Positions 1-11,243 of a stretch of 54,452 nt of DNA are shown one piece after another; the stretch's first letter is position 1, and each line of letters opens with the position of its first letter. The translations under genes and the position numbers were made by a program. Source of the stretch: an uncultured Ectothiorhodospiraceae bacterium (lineage in GTDB: Bacteria > Pseudomonadota > Gammaproteobacteria > UBA9214); assembly GCA_964564245.1 (NCBI GenBank), contig CAZMAK010000008.1, positions 6,235 to 60,686 on the forward strand, written 5' to 3'. The notes under the pieces are model-generated. The model saw only the letters and a list, made by a program, of their open reading frames with translations, searched no databases and was not told the DNA's origin.

Positions 1-26
1 AACCGGGCGGGCTGTTTTCGGGCACT

Positions 27-452
27 TCAGGTTCTGGATACGGGCAACTCGGACTTTTGCCAGGCCTGGATGCCCCCCTTCAGGTTGTAGACGTTTTCGA
101 AACCCTGCCTGTGGAGTTTGCCGCACACCCCCAGGGAGCTGTTACCGCTGTTGCAATACACGATCAGTGGCTTGTCGCGATACTTCTGCAGCCCTGCCGC
201 CGGATCCTGCAGGTTATCCAGGTGAATTGCATTGATGATGTGACTGCCGCGGAACTCCTTTTCGCTGCGCATGTCGATCATGACGGCATGCTCGGTATTC
301 AGCAGCCGGGTGGCCTGGCGCGGCTCAATATCCCTGATGCCGGACAGCCGGCGCCGGATCGTGTCGGCGGCCAGCATGGCAAGGATGGCAAGCAGTGCCG
401 CCACCAGCATGGAATGACGACTGCCGAATTCAATGAGCTGGTTGATGTTCAT
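27..452 (-). CDS. Rhodanese-like domain protein with N-terminal membrane anchor (YibN-like)
   Basis: Hydrophobic N-terminal helix, IDMR..EF..SHI motif, active-site loop CNSGNSS, V.NLKGGIQAW; yibN-like position near gpmI. Confidence 0.9.
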   Translation of the reverse strand: MNINQLIEFGSRHSMLVAALLAILAMLAADTIRRRLSGIRDIEPRQATRLLNTEHAVMIDMRSEKEFRGSHIINAIHLDNLQDPAAGLQKYRDKPLIVYCNSGNSSLGVCGKLHRQGFENVYNLKGGIQAWQKSELPVSRT

Positions 453-529
453 GGTCGGTCAGGTATCGCTGCGGTAAGGGATCCCGCCGGTACGGTTGCT
501 GCCGTCACCGGGTTGGCAAGTTCCGTCGT

Positions 530-844
530 TCAGGGTTTGGTGCAGAATACTTCCCGCATCATGCCGATCAGTCGCAGGGTGCGGGCATCGCCGACGCGGT
601 AGTATACCCGGTTGGCATCTTTTCTGGACGCCAGTATTCCCTTGTCCCGCAGGATGGCGAGGTGCTGGGAGATGTTGCTTTGCGAGGTGCCGACCCGCTC
701 GACGATATCCTGCACGCTGACTTCCTGGTCACCCAGTGTGCAGAGGATTTTCAATCGCAGCGGATGCGACATTGCCTTCAGTGAACGAGAAGCGCGCTCA
801 ATATCTTCCGCCCGTGTGATCAGTCCTTCGTTACTGGATGCCAT
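530..844 (-). CDS. ArsR/SmtB family transcriptional regulator, BigR/SqrR/HlyU-like
   Basis: LKAMSHPLRLKILC, SQSNISQHLAILR, RVYY wHTH motifs, C-terminal VFC; start placed at ATG 844 (ORF track begins at 874). Confidence 0.9.
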   Translation of the reverse strand: MASSNEGLITRAEDIERASRSLKAMSHPLRLKILCTLGDQEVSVQDIVERVGTSQSNISQHLAILRDKGILASRKDANRVYYRVGDARTLRLIGMMREVFCTKP

Positions 845-1050
845 CTGCGCCCCTTGGATCGTAATTATGTGCATGCAACGCCTACTGCATTCATTACTAA
901 AACATTATACAATAATAAACCATCCGGGCCAGAGGCAAACAACGTTTGTCCGCAAGTGGAATTACCTGCGGTTCCCAGCCCTTTACCTGTACAGGCGGCC
1001 GTCCTGGGATGGCGGGGTGCCAGGGATTGATTTAGACTCTTTCCAGACTC

Positions 1051-2676
1051 ATGAGCGAACGGCAAACAGGCAATCCGGCGATGAAAGGCCCTCCGAAACC
1101 CATGGTCCTGGTCATTCTCGATGGCTGGGGTTACAGCGAGACACCACAGCACAATGCGATTGCCGCCGCCAGCAAACCGGTATGGGACCGGATGTGGAGC
1201 GAATACCCGCATACCCTGATCCGTACCTCGGGGGCGGCGGTCGGCCTGCCTGCCGACCAGATGGGAAACTCCGAGGTCGGTCACCTCAACCTGGGTGCGG
1301 GGCGCGTGGTGTACCAGGAATTCACCCGCGTCAGCCGCGCGATCAAGACCGGCTCGTTCTTTACCAACCTGACGCTGACGGACGCCGTCGACCAGGCCAT
1401 ACAGGCAGGCCGCGCCGTCCACATCCTTGGACTGCTGTCGCCCGGCGGCGTGCACAGTCACGAGGAACATATCCACGCCATGGTGGAACTGGCGGTACAG
1501 CGCGGCGCCGACAAGGTCTACCTGCACGCCTTTCTGGATGGCCGGGATACCCCGCCCAGCAGCGCGGCATCCTCGATCCGGGCCATGCAGGAGGTATTCG
1601 ATCGTCTGCACGGGGGGCGTTTTGCCTCGGTGGTCGGCCGTTATTTTGCCATGGATCGCGATCATCACTGGCCACGCATCCAGTCGGCCTATGACCTGAT
1701 TACCCGGGGCAGGGCGGACTATTCAGCGCCGGACGCAATGACCGCGCTGCAGCAGGCCTATGCACGCGGTGAGGGAGATGAATTCGTCAAGGCAACCGCG
1801 ATCGTCCCGCCGGGTGAAGCACCGGTCCGGATCGAGGATGGTGATGTGATCATCTTCATGAATTACCGCTCCGATCGAGCCCGGCAGATCACGCGACCGT
1901 TTATCGAGGACGATTTCGACGGTTTCGAGCGCGAGGTGCGGCCGCAGCTGGGTTGCTTCGTCAGCCTTACCGAGTACAAGTCGGACTTCAAGGTGCACGT
2001 GGCCTATCCGGCGGAACGCCTGAAAAACGTGTTCGGCGAATACCTTTCCCGGCTGGGTCTGCACCAGCTGCGTCTGGCCGAAACGGAGAAATACGCGCAC
2101 GTCACGTTCTTTTTCAACGGTGGTGTCGAAGAGCCGTTCGAAGGTGAGGAACGCATCCTGATCAAGTCACCGATGGTCGCGACGTACGACCTGAAACCGG
2201 AAATGAGTTCGGTGGAAGTGGCCGATCACCTGGTCGGGGCAATCCGGGGTGGTGACTACGATGTGATCATCTGCAATTTCGCCAATCCGGACATGGTCGG
2301 ACATACCGGCAAGTTCGACGCCGCAGTCAAGGCGATCGAGGCCATTGATATCGCCCTGGGCAGGGTGCTGCAGGCACTGCTATCGGTCGGCGGCGAGATG
2401 CTGGTCACGGCGGACCATGGCAATGCCGAGCAGATGCAGGACGAGGTGAGCGGACAGGCCCATACCGCGCACACCAGCAACCTGGTGCCGCTGGTGTATG
2501 TGGGCCGTCCTGCAACCATGGCACAGCATGGAGCACTGTCCGATATCGTGCCAAGCATGCTGTATCTGATGGATCTGGACATTCCACGGGAGATGACCGG
2601 TACCCCGCTGGTTACGCTGCAGAGCGCGCCGGCAACAGACCGTGAGGCTGCGGCCGGAACGGAGCGGCATGGCTGA
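1051..2676 (+). CDS. gpmI: 2,3-bisphosphoglycerate-independent phosphoglycerate mutase
   Basis: [45 protein letters not shown] and TADHGNAE motifs; start could be 1081. Confidence 0.98.
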   Translation: MSERQTGNPAMKGPPKPMVLVILDGWGYSETPQHNAIAAASKPVWDRMWSEYPHTLIRTSGAAVGLPADQMGNSEVGHLNLGAGRVVYQEFTRVSRAIKTGSFFTNLTLTDAVDQAIQAGRAVHILGLLSPGGVHSHEEHIHAMVELAVQRGADKVYLHAFLDGRDTPPSSAASSIRAMQEVFDRLHGGRFASVVGRYFAMDRDHHWPRIQSAYDLITRGRADYSAPDAMTALQQAYARGEGDEFVKATAIVPPGEAPVRIEDGDVIIFMNYRSDRARQITRPFIEDDFDGFEREVRPQLGCFVSLTEYKSDFKVHVAYPAERLKNVFGEYLSRLGLHQLRLAETEKYAHVTFFFNGGVEEPFEGEERILIKSPMVATYDLKPEMSSVEVADHLVGAIRGGDYDVIICNFANPDMVGHTGKFDAAVKAIEAIDIALGRVLQALLSVGGEMLVTADHGNAEQMQDEVSGQAHTAHTSNLVPLVYVGRPATMAQHGALSDIVPSMLYLMDLDIPREMTGTPLVTLQSAPATDREAAAGTERHG

Positions 2677-3907
2677 CCACACGGGCGGGTCATTGCGTCC
2701 TGCGCCGCAGCACCGGTTGTTCCATGCTTCCCGCTGGCGGGTTCCACTGCTGGCAGCGTTGCTGCTGCAGCCGGTAGCGCTGCCAGCCGCCAAACCGGCG
2801 AAGATCGACATTGAAACCGGCCGGCTGCAGGAGTTACGCGCCAGCATCGATGCCCTGAAGAAGCAGCTGGAGAATGTACGCGGCGAGCAGGATACGCAGC
2901 AGCAGCGCCTGGAAAAAACCGACAAGGCGATCGGTGAAATCCGCAACGAACTGCGCCGGCTGGACAGTGAGGCGGCTGCCGCCGACAGCCGGCTGACCCG
3001 GCTGGAAGCGCAACGCAGCGAGGCAAGGAAGGGTCTTGCCACCCAGCGCCGCGTACTCGAACACGAGCTGCGTACGGCCTGGGTGGGCGGGCGGCAGCAG
3101 CGGATCAAGCTGTTGCTGAACCAGGAGGAACCGGCGGTGATCGGACGCATACTGACCTATCAGGGTTATTTTGCGCGCGCGCGTGCGCAACGCCTGGATG
3201 CGTACCGCGCATCCCTGCAGGCGCTGCAGGAGGCAGGACAGGCAGTCCTTGCACAGCAGGCGCGGATCGCTGCGTTGCGTGAGCAGCGGCAACAGCAGGA
3301 AGCGCAGCTGGCGGACGAGCAGGAATCCGGGCGCAAACTGGTGGCGGCCTTGCAGGAAAAGCTGAACTCCGGTAACACGCGGCTGGTACAGCTCCAGCAG
3401 GACGAGCAGCGCGTCAATCAACTGGTCAGTTCCCTGCAGAAGGCCATGCGGGAATTGCCGTCGGGCCCGGGGGCACGGAAGGATTTTCACCGGCGCAAGG
3501 GGAAGTTGCCCTGGCCCCTGCCCGGACGGGTCAGCATGGCCTACGGCGCCCGGCTGGCTTCCGGTCAGACCACATCCCGGGGGGTGCACATCAGTGCGCC
3601 GGCTGGCACGGAGGTACACGCGATCGCCCGGGGGCGTGTCGCATTTGCGGACTGGCTGCGGGGTTTTGGCCTGTTGATCATTATCGATCATGGCGCGGGC
3701 TTCATGACGCTGTATGGCGAAAACAGCAGCCTTTACAAGGCCGTCGGTGAATGGGTGGAACAGGGTGACGTGATATCGGCGGCCGGGAGCAGTGGCGGGC
3801 ACGCGCGCACCGGGGTGTACCTGGAATTGCGCAAGGACGGCCAACCGGTCGATCCGGCAGCCTGGATCGGGGGACAGCCGTCATCACAGCAGGCCGGTCG
3901 TGACTGA
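2669..3907 (+). CDS. envC: Murein hydrolase activator EnvC family (coiled coil plus degenerate M23 domain)
   Basis: Signal peptide, long coiled coil, KGKLPWP...[21 protein letters not shown]; lies between gpmI and ctpA; GGAG RBS before ATG 2669. Confidence 0.9.
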   Translation: MADHTGGSLRPAPQHRLFHASRWRVPLLAALLLQPVALPAAKPAKIDIETGRLQELRASIDALKKQLENVRGEQDTQQQRLEKTDKAIGEIRNELRRLDSEAAAADSRLTRLEAQRSEARKGLATQRRVLEHELRTAWVGGRQQRIKLLLNQEEPAVIGRILTYQGYFARARAQRLDAYRASLQALQEAGQAVLAQQARIAALREQRQQQEAQLADEQESGRKLVAALQEKLNSGNTRLVQLQQDEQRVNQLVSSLQKAMRELPSGPGARKDFHRRKGKLPWPLPGRVSMAYGARLASGQTTSRGVHISAPAGTEVHAIARGRVAFADWLRGFGLLIIIDHGAGFMTLYGENSSLYKAVGEWVEQGDVISAAGSSGGHARTGVYLELRKDGQPVDPAAWIGGQPSSQQAGRD

Positions 3908-4085
3908 ATTTTCCGGGTTGGTGAATTTATTGCCCACCGGTCTGTCCTACAGTCCGGTCAAGCCCGACCCCTGCAGGCCGATACCGCTCCAGACAACGCT
4001 GTGATATTGTTGACATTTCCCGAGACAGCGCCCGACCCGGTCGCCAGACCGGTATAGTAATCGCCTGACATACCACGGATATTGA

Positions 4086-5411
4086 ATGATGAAACCCACA
4101 CTCAAGAGTTATTTGCTGCTGTTTACCGGTTTGACTGCAGGGGTCTTGCTGTCGATCGGACATGGTGTCTTCGCCGAACGGGAGACCGCACAGGCCACGC
4201 TGCCCGTCGAGGAATTGCGTACCTTCAGCGACGTGTTCGGCCGGATCAAGAACGATTACGTGGTCGAGGTCGATGACAAGGAACTCATCGAAAACGCCAT
4301 TCGTGGCATGCTGGCCGGACTCGATCCGCATTCCTCCTACCTCGACGCGGAACAGTTTGCCGATCTGCAGGTCGGCACGACCGGACAGTTCGGCGGCCTC
4401 GGCATCGAAGTCGGGATGGAAGACGGGTTCGTCAAGGTCATTGCACCCATCGACGATACCCCGGCCCAGCGCGCCGGTGTGCAGTCCGGTGACCTGATCA
4501 TCCGGCTGGACGAAACACCGGTGAAGGGCATGACGCTCAGCGATGCGGTCAAGATCATGCGCGGTGCTCCCGGTACCGATATCGTGCTGACCATCGTTCG
4601 CGAAGGGCTCGACCAGCCGATCAAGATCACGATCACGCGCGACGTCATCAAGGTCAAGAGCGTGCGTGCGCACATGCTCGATCCCGGTTACGCATACGTG
4701 CGCATCTCGCAGTTCCAGTCCACCACCGCGGAAAACATGGTCGACGCGATCAACAAGCTGAAGAAGGACAACAAAGGCAAGCTGGCCGGCCTGGTGCTGG
4801 ATCTGCGCAACAACCCGGGTGGCGTGCTCAACGGAGCGGTTGCCGTGTCCGATGCCTTCCTGACCAAGGGCCTGATCGTGTACACGGAGGGCCGTATCGC
4901 CGATTCGAAACTGCGCTTCAATGCCACCCCTGATGACATCCTGGACGGTTCACCCATGGTGGTGCTGGTCAACCAGGGTTCGGCATCGGCCTCGGAAATC
5001 GTTTCCGGCGCATTGCAGGATCACAAGCGTGCAATCATCATGGGCACCAAGACGTTCGGCAAGGGCTCGGTACAGACGATCCTGCCGCTGAGCAGTGATT
5101 CCGCACTGAAGCTGACTACTGCGCGCTATTACACACCGTCCGGGCGGTCCATCCAGGCCGAGGGCATCACTCCGGATATCGTACTGCAGCCGGTGCAGGC
5201 GGCGGTTGTCGACAAGGACATCGAGCCGCTGAAAGAGGCCAACCTGTCCAATCACCTGGAAAACACCACGAAGAAGAAAAAGAATAAAGCCGGTGACGAC
5301 AAGAGCGATGACGAATCCGAAGCCAGCAAGCTGCTGAAAGACGACTATATGCTGTACGAGGCCCAGAACCTGCTGAAAGGCCTGTCCATATTGCAGGCAC
5401 ACGTGCAGTAA
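4086..5411 (+). CDS. ctpA: Carboxyl-terminal processing protease, S41 family
   Basis: LDPHSSYL, PDZ domain (GLGIEV), LDLRNNPGG, SASASEIV, TFGKGSVQ. Confidence 0.95.
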   Translation: MMKPTLKSYLLLFTGLTAGVLLSIGHGVFAERETAQATLPVEELRTFSDVFGRIKNDYVVEVDDKELIENAIRGMLAGLDPHSSYLDAEQFADLQVGTTGQFGGLGIEVGMEDGFVKVIAPIDDTPAQRAGVQSGDLIIRLDETPVKGMTLSDAVKIMRGAPGTDIVLTIVREGLDQPIKITITRDVIKVKSVRAHMLDPGYAYVRISQFQSTTAENMVDAINKLKKDNKGKLAGLVLDLRNNPGGVLNGAVAVSDAFLTKGLIVYTEGRIADSKLRFNATPDDILDGSPMVVLVNQGSASASEIVSGALQDHKRAIIMGTKTFGKGSVQTILPLSSDSALKLTTARYYTPSGRSIQAEGITPDIVLQPVQAAVVDKDIEPLKEANLSNHLENTTKKKKNKAGDDKSDDESEASKLLKDDYMLYEAQNLLKGLSILQAHVQ

Positions 5412-5417
5412 CCGGGA

Positions 5418-6221
5418 GTGCAGGCACGCACGGCCACAGGACTGCTGCTGGCCGTGGTGTGCCTGACCGGCGCCGGGTTCCTGCCCGACGCCCCGGCGGC
5501 CGCGGATAACCGCCCGGTCATCGCGCTGATTATCGATGATCTCGGTAACCAGCGCGGCACCGGCAGCCGCGCGGTCGATCTGCCCGGCCCCGTCGCCTGC
5601 TCGTTTTTCCCGTACGGACACTACACCGCCGAACTTGCACGGCAGGCACATGCACGCAACAAGGAGGTCATGCTGCACCTGCCGATGCAGGCAGCCGGGC
5701 CGTACCAGGAGGTGCGGGAAGCGGGCGAGCTGACCGTGGACATGACCTACCGGCAGTACCGCGACACCTTCACCCGTGACCTGGCTGCCGTTCCCTACGT
5801 CAGCGGGTTCAACAATCACATGGGCAGCCTGCTGACCCGCCACCCGGGCAACATGGCCTGGCTGATGCAGGCGGCCCGTGAAGCGGGCAACCTGTTTTTT
5901 GTCGACAGCCGGACCACGGCCGCAACCGTGGCCCGGCAGATCGCCGCTGAATTCGGTATCCCCAACAGCAGGCGCAATGTGTTCCTGGATGATGACACCA
6001 GTCCGGATGCAATCCGCTACCAGTTCCGCCGCCTGCTCCGGATTGCCCGTCGCGAGGGCTCCGCGCTCGCGATCGGACACCCGCACCCTGCTACACTGGA
6101 TGTACTGACCGATGAACTGCAGCACCTGGACCGGTCGGGTTACCGCCTGGTCCGGGTCAGTGAACTGATTGAACAACAGAAAGGCAGGAAACCACCATGG
6201 CAAATGTACTCGTCCCGCTAG
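5418..6221 (+). CDS. Divergent polysaccharide deacetylase family protein (YibQ-like)
   Basis: IIDDLG, LHLPM, NNHMGS, FVDSRT, VFLD and AIGHP motifs; GTG start. Confidence 0.92.
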   Translation: MQARTATGLLLAVVCLTGAGFLPDAPAAADNRPVIALIIDDLGNQRGTGSRAVDLPGPVACSFFPYGHYTAELARQAHARNKEVMLHLPMQAAGPYQEVREAGELTVDMTYRQYRDTFTRDLAAVPYVSGFNNHMGSLLTRHPGNMAWLMQAAREAGNLFFVDSRTTAATVARQIAAEFGIPNSRRNVFLDDDTSPDAIRYQFRRLLRIARREGSALAIGHPHPATLDVLTDELQHLDRSGYRLVRVSELIEQQKGRKPPWQMYSSR

Positions 6222-6748
6222 CCCAGGGTTGTGAGGAGCTTGAGGCCGTCACTGTCATCGACCTGTTGCGACGTGCCGGTATCACCGTGGTCAGTGCCGG
6301 TCTCGATGACCGGCCGGTGCGTGCCTCGCGTGGCGTGGTGCTGGTTCCCGACATGACACTCGATGAGGCGCTGGGCGGTGAATACGACATGATCGTATTG
6401 CCGGGCGGGCTGCCCGGTGCGGATCACCTGGCAGAGGACACACGCATTGTCGAGCTGGTCAGGCGCATGTCGGAGGCCGGCAGGTATACCGCTGCCATCT
6501 GTGCCGCACCGCGGGTACTGGCGCGTGCCGGCGTGCTGGAAAACCGCGCCGCCACCAGCTTCCCCGGCAGCCTCGATACCGGATCGATTGCAGGCATCGA
6601 TTACCGGGAGCAGCCGGTAGTGATCGACGGAACGGTCGTCACCTCGCGCGGCCCCGGGACGGCCATGGACTTTGCGCTGGCGTTGATCGAACTGCTGCGG
6701 GGTGCGGAGGTGCGCGACAAGGTGGAGTCGGCCCTGCAGCGCCCCTGA
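6197..6748 (+). CDS. DJ-1/PfpI family protein (YajL/ThiJ-like)
   Basis: GCEELEAV, YDMIVLPGG, AAICAAP nucleophile Cys, VTSRGPGTA. Confidence 0.93.
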   Translation: MANVLVPLAQGCEELEAVTVIDLLRRAGITVVSAGLDDRPVRASRGVVLVPDMTLDEALGGEYDMIVLPGGLPGADHLAEDTRIVELVRRMSEAGRYTAAICAAPRVLARAGVLENRAATSFPGSLDTGSIAGIDYREQPVVIDGTVVTSRGPGTAMDFALALIELLRGAEVRDKVESALQRP

Positions 6749-6766
6749 GCGGCGCGGAACCGGTGC

Positions 6767-7759
6767 ATGAAGATCATCGAGATCATTGCCGATGCGGGAC
6801 ACCTCGACACCCTGAAGGGGATTGCAGAACAGCACGAGATCGATGACTGGTGGCAGGTCGACGCCGGTGAAGGCGGTCGGGCGGTCCTGCGCATGCTGGT
6901 CAGCGATGCCAGGCGGCAAACCGTGATCGATGCCCTGCAGAACCTGCTGGGGTCCAGTGAAGGCGCACGCATCGTCATTCAGCCGGTGGAGGCAGTGCTG
7001 CCGCGCAGCAATGATACCGTGGACGTGGACGGCAGCAAGGCCGCCACGATCAGCCAGACGCGCGAGGAACTGTACAACGAGATCGAGCGCGGTGCGCAGC
7101 TGGACAGCACCTTCCTGTTACTGGTCTGCCTGTCGACCGTGGTCGCGTCGATCGGCCTGATCGAGAACAATATCGCCGTGGTCGTCGGCGCCATGGTGAT
7201 CGCACCCCTGCTTGGCCCCAACATCGCGCTGGCGTTTGCGGCCTCGCTGGGTGATGTCCGGCTGATCTGGCGTGCACTCAAGACCGGTCTGGCCGGCATC
7301 GGGCTGGCGTTACTGATGTCGATCGCGACCGGCGCACTGTGGCCGGAGCGCCTGCATAGCACCGAAATCCTGGCGCGGACGGATGTGGGACTGGCCGGTG
7401 TGACCCTGGCGCTGGCCTCCGGTGCGGCGGCGGTCCTGTCATTGATTACCGGCCTGTCCAGTACGCTGGTGGGCGTCATGGTGGCGGTTGCCCTGCTGCC
7501 CCCGGCGGCAACCCTGGGCATGATGCTGGGCAGCGGCCAGTATTCGCATGCGGCGGGCGCCGGCCTGCTGCTGGCCGTCAACGTGGTGTGCATCAACCTG
7601 TCGGCAAAGCTGATGTTCTGGTACAAGGGGGTGAAGCCGCGCACCTGGCTGGAACGCACCAAGGCGCGTCAGTCGCTCACTATCTCCACACTGTTCTGGG
7701 TGGTCAGCCTGGCGCTGCTTGTCACCGCGATCGTCCTGCGGCACCAGGTCATGGAATGA
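6767..7759 (+). CDS. TIGR00341/DUF389 family membrane protein
   Basis: Soluble N-terminal domain, then VVVGAMVIAPLLGP and LVGVMVAVALLPP motifs with about 7 TM helices. Confidence 0.88.
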   Translation: MKIIEIIADAGHLDTLKGIAEQHEIDDWWQVDAGEGGRAVLRMLVSDARRQTVIDALQNLLGSSEGARIVIQPVEAVLPRSNDTVDVDGSKAATISQTREELYNEIERGAQLDSTFLLLVCLSTVVASIGLIENNIAVVVGAMVIAPLLGPNIALAFAASLGDVRLIWRALKTGLAGIGLALLMSIATGALWPERLHSTEILARTDVGLAGVTLALASGAAAVLSLITGLSSTLVGVMVAVALLPPAATLGMMLGSGQYSHAAGAGLLLAVNVVCINLSAKLMFWYKGVKPRTWLERTKARQSLTISTLFWVVSLALLVTAIVLRHQVME

Positions 7760-7777
7760 CCCGGATCCGACCGGCTC

Positions 7778-9442
7778 CTAGCGGCTGTTGCCGTTTTCCG
7801 GCCAGCTGAACACCATCAGCACGATGCCCGCCACCCCCAGTATCCAGGTCAGCCAGGGTGCTCCCAGTACCATACGCGGCGCATAACCGTCGAGTCCGTA
7901 GATGACGGCGGCGGCCAGCACCAGGCCGGTGCCGCTGATGGCGGCGATATTGCGCCGGTTTGCCTGACGGATTTCCCGGCGCAGACGCTGCAGTTCGTTT
8001 GAGCTCCACTCCACCTGCAGCTTGCCGCTGGTGGCCTGCTCCAGGTAGTCGTGCACCAGCAACGGGAGGTCCGGCAGGGTCCGGCTCCATTCCGGAGCGC
8101 TGGCCTTGAGGTTGCGCAGCAGTGCGCGTACGCCCAGCTGTTCGCTCATGGTGCGCTCGAGGAAGGGTTTCGCGGTCTTCCAGAGATCCAGCTCTGGATA
8201 GAGCTGGCGTCCGAGGCCTTCGATGTTGAGCAGGGTCTTCTGCAGCAGCACCAGCTGCGGCTGTATCTCCATGTCGAAACGGCGCGCGGTCTGGAACAGG
8301 CGCAGCAGCACGTTACCGAAGGAGATCTCCTTCAGGGGTTTTTCGAAGATCGGTTCGCACACGGTACGGATGGCGGACTCGAATTCGTCCACCCGCGTGC
8401 CATGCGGTACCCAGGCGGATTCCACGTGCAGTTCGGCGACGCGCCGGTAGTCGCGGTTGAAGAAGGCCAGGAAGTTTTCCGCCAGGTAGCGCTGGTCCAC
8501 CGGGTTGAGGGTACCCATGATGCCGAAGTCGACCGCCATGTAGCGGCCGTCCCTGGCGACGAACAGGTTGCCCGGATGCATGTCGGCGTGGAAGAAATTG
8601 TGCCGGAACACCTGGGTGAAAAAGATCTCCACGCCGCGCTCGGAAAGGCGCTTCAGGTCAATACCCTGATCGCGCAGCGCCTTGACGTTACTGACCTGGG
8701 TGCCGTAGATGCGTTCCATGACCATGATCTCGGGCCGGCAGTAGTCCCAGTACACCTCCGGCACGTACAGCAGGTCGGTGCCGCTGAAGTTGCGCCGCAG
8801 CTGCGAGGCGTTGGCGGCCTCGCGCAGCAGGTCGAGTTCGTCGTACAGGGTCTTCTCGAATTCCGACACCACCTCGATCGTCCGCAGCCTGCGCCCTGCG
8901 TTCGAGTAGCGCTCCGCCAGCTGGGCCACCGTATAGAGCAGGTTGACGTCGCGCGCGATCAGGTGGCGGACGTTCGGGCGCAGTACCTTGACCACCACGT
9001 CCGATCCGTCGCGCAGACGTGCCGTGTGTACCTGTGCAATGGAGGCGGATGCCAGCGGGGTTTCGTCGAAGTCGGCAAACAGTGTACCCACCGGCTGGCC
9101 GAACACGGCCTCGATGCGCGCACGGGCGTCACGCCCGGGAAACGGTGGTACATCGTCCTGCAGGTGCGCGAGTTCCAGTGCGATGTCATCCGGCAGCAGG
9201 TCCTGCCGGGTGGACAGGATCTGCCCGAACTTGACGTAGATCGGACCGAGTTCCTCGAGGGCGCGCCGGATGCGCACTGCCCGCGGGCCACGCTTGCGCG
9301 GTACCCAGTTCCACGGAGCCAGGTAGTACAGGAAACGCACCGGACGAAACAGGTGGGTGGCGAGAATGATTTCGTCCAGGCCGTGTTTGACCAGCACGTA
9401 GTTGATGTGGATCAGGCGCGTGATCTGGGCCGGCCGGAACAT
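7778..9442 (-). CDS. ubiB: Ubiquinone biosynthesis protein kinase-like UbiB
   Basis: LGPIYVKFGQILSTR, ASASIAQVH, VVKVLRP, FFHADMHPGN, DFGIMG; start MFRPAQ at 9442 abuts the ubiJ stop. Confidence 0.97.
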   Translation of the reverse strand: MFRPAQITRLIHINYVLVKHGLDEIILATHLFRPVRFLYYLAPWNWVPRKRGPRAVRIRRALEELGPIYVKFGQILSTRQDLLPDDIALELAHLQDDVPPFPGRDARARIEAVFGQPVGTLFADFDETPLASASIAQVHTARLRDGSDVVVKVLRPNVRHLIARDVNLLYTVAQLAERYSNAGRRLRTIEVVSEFEKTLYDELDLLREAANASQLRRNFSGTDLLYVPEVYWDYCRPEIMVMERIYGTQVSNVKALRDQGIDLKRLSERGVEIFFTQVFRHNFFHADMHPGNLFVARDGRYMAVDFGIMGTLNPVDQRYLAENFLAFFNRDYRRVAELHVESAWVPHGTRVDEFESAIRTVCEPIFEKPLKEISFGNVLLRLFQTARRFDMEIQPQLVLLQKTLLNIEGLGRQLYPELDLWKTAKPFLERTMSEQLGVRALLRNLKASAPEWSRTLPDLPLLVHDYLEQATSGKLQVEWSSNELQRLRREIRQANRRNIAAISGTGLVLAAAVIYGLDGYAPRMVLGAPWLTWILGVAGIVLMVFSWPENGNSR

Positions 9443-9443
9443 G

Positions 9444-10055
9444 TCAGTGCTCCCGCACGGACTGCAGGCGCCGGACGCGCGCCTCCAGCCGGTCGGTATC
9501 GGTGCGGGTACGTTGGATCTCCGCCGCGAGGTTCTCGACCTCGATGCGGGCCGGCACCACGCGCAGCTCTTCCTGCAGGTATTCGCCAAGGTCCTGCTGC
9601 AGTGTGGCGCTGCCGTGGCGCAGTGCACGGCCCAGCCGGCGGACGGCGTTACCGGCCTGGTGGGCAAACACGTCTCCGGTCAGCTGTGCCAGTTGTTCCT
9701 CCCAGTCGATGTCGATGTCATCGAGGATGGCCTTGAAGGCCTGCCCGGTCTCCACGTCGCCGGTGATGGTGACATCGCCCGAGAACAGGGTTCTGCCGGC
9801 ATCACTGCCTGCGCCAAGCCGTGCCAGCGCCAGGGGTGTGCCGTGCAGCATGGTATCGACCTGTTCGGACTGCGCCGTGATGTGTACCTGCTCGCGGCCC
9901 GGCCGGAGATAGAAGCGCAGGCCAACGCCCTGCAGGTCGATCCCGATGCAGCGGCCGTCCAGCCGGGCCATCCGTTGCATGGCGTCGGCATCGAGCCGCA
10001 GCAAACGATTCAGTGCCTGCTCCAGGGCGTGCAGGAAACCGGGTGGCAGATGCAT
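9444..10055 (-). CDS. ubiJ: Ubiquinone biosynthesis accessory factor UbiJ (SCP2 domain)
   Basis: LN.LL.LD, ITGDVETG, IDWEEQLA...GD, EYLQEE; between ubiE and ubiB. Confidence 0.92.
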   Translation of the reverse strand: MHLPPGFLHALEQALNRLLRLDADAMQRMARLDGRCIGIDLQGVGLRFYLRPGREQVHITAQSEQVDTMLHGTPLALARLGAGSDAGRTLFSGDVTITGDVETGQAFKAILDDIDIDWEEQLAQLTGDVFAHQAGNAVRRLGRALRHGSATLQQDLGEYLQEELRVVPARIEVENLAAEIQRTRTDTDRLEARVRRLQSVREH

Positions 10056-10085
10056 GGGCGGGTCCGGGATTTGTCGGCGGCCGGA

Positions 10086-10829
10086 TCAGAACCGGAAACC
10101 CCGGTGTATCGCGACGATGCCACCGGTCAGGTTGTGATAGTCACACTGCTCGAGGCCGGCCTGTTCCATCATGCCGCGCAGGGTTTCCTGGTCGGGATGC
10201 ATGCGGATCGACTCGGCAAGGTAGCGGTAGCTGTCTGCATCGTTCGCGACCAGCTGGCCGAGACGGGGCAGTACACGGAAGGAGTAGAAATCGTAGGCCG
10301 GTTGCAGGGCACGCATGGGCCGCGAGAATTCCAGGATCAGTGCCCGGCCGCCCGGCCGCAACACCCGCGCAACCTCGTTCAGCGCCTGTTGCTTGTCGGT
10401 GACATTGCGCAGGCCGAAGGCCATGGTGACCCGGTCGAAGCTGCGATCCGGGAACGGCAGCTGCTCGGCATTGATCTGCGCAAAGGTGACATTGTTGCTG
10501 ACGCCGTGATCGAGCAGTTCGCTGCGGCCGTTACCGAGCATGGCGGCGTTGATGTCCGACAGCACGATCAGCCCGTCCGGACCGACCCGCGGCGCCATCA
10601 GCCGGACCAGGTCGCCGGTACCGCCGGCCAGGTCCAGCACGCGTTGTCCGGGCCGGATATCGGCCAGGTTGATGGCACAGCGTTTCCACAGGCGATGGAT
10701 ACCGAACGACATCAGGTCGTTCATCACGTCGTAGCGATCGGCGACCGAGTCGAATACCTCGCGCACGTGGCGCGACTTTTCCCCGACCGGGACGTCGCGG
10801 AATCCGAAGTGGGTGGTTTTCCCCGCCAT
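10086..10829 (-). CDS. ubiE: Ubiquinone/menaquinone C-methyltransferase UbiE
   Basis: [50 protein letters not shown]. Confidence 0.98.
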   Translation of the reverse strand: MAGKTTHFGFRDVPVGEKSRHVREVFDSVADRYDVMNDLMSFGIHRLWKRCAINLADIRPGQRVLDLAGGTGDLVRLMAPRVGPDGLIVLSDINAAMLGNGRSELLDHGVSNNVTFAQINAEQLPFPDRSFDRVTMAFGLRNVTDKQQALNEVARVLRPGGRALILEFSRPMRALQPAYDFYSFRVLPRLGQLVANDADSYRYLAESIRMHPDQETLRGMMEQAGLEQCDYHNLTGGIVAIHRGFRF

Positions 10830-10849
10830 GCGTCCGGTGTCCCTGCGGG

Positions 10850-11221
10850 TCAGGCCGGGACCTGACGCTGGTAGCCGGCCACCTTGAGCCGGTCGAGGTA
10901 TTCCTGCCAGTAGCGGTCCCGGTTTCTGCCCAGGTCGTACAGGGTCTCCCAGGAGAAGATGCCGGTATCGTGACCGTCGTCGAAGGTCGGCTGGATGGCA
11001 TAGCTGCCGACCGGTTCGATGCCGGTGATCATGACATTCTCCTTGGCCAGCTGCAGGGTCCCCTGACCGGGGCCGTGCCCCTGTACCTCGGCGGACGGCG
11101 AGTGCACGCGCAGGAATTCATAACTCAGTTCAAAGCTGGCACCGTCGTCAAAGGTGACTCGGAGTACCCGCGACCTGTTGTGCAGGCTGATCTCGGTGGG
11201 TTTCGGCTTGCTGGTTTTCAT
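10850..11221 (-). CDS. DUF971 / gamma-butyrobetaine hydroxylase-like N-terminal domain protein
   Basis: [35 protein letters not shown]; conserved position between hslU and ubiE. Confidence 0.92.
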   Translation of the reverse strand: MKTSKPKPTEISLHNRSRVLRVTFDDGASFELSYEFLRVHSPSAEVQGHGPGQGTLQLAKENVMITGIEPVGSYAIQPTFDDGHDTGIFSWETLYDLGRNRDRYWQEYLDRLKVAGYQRQVPA

Positions 11222-11243
11222 GGCTGTCTCGTCGGTGTGAGGG

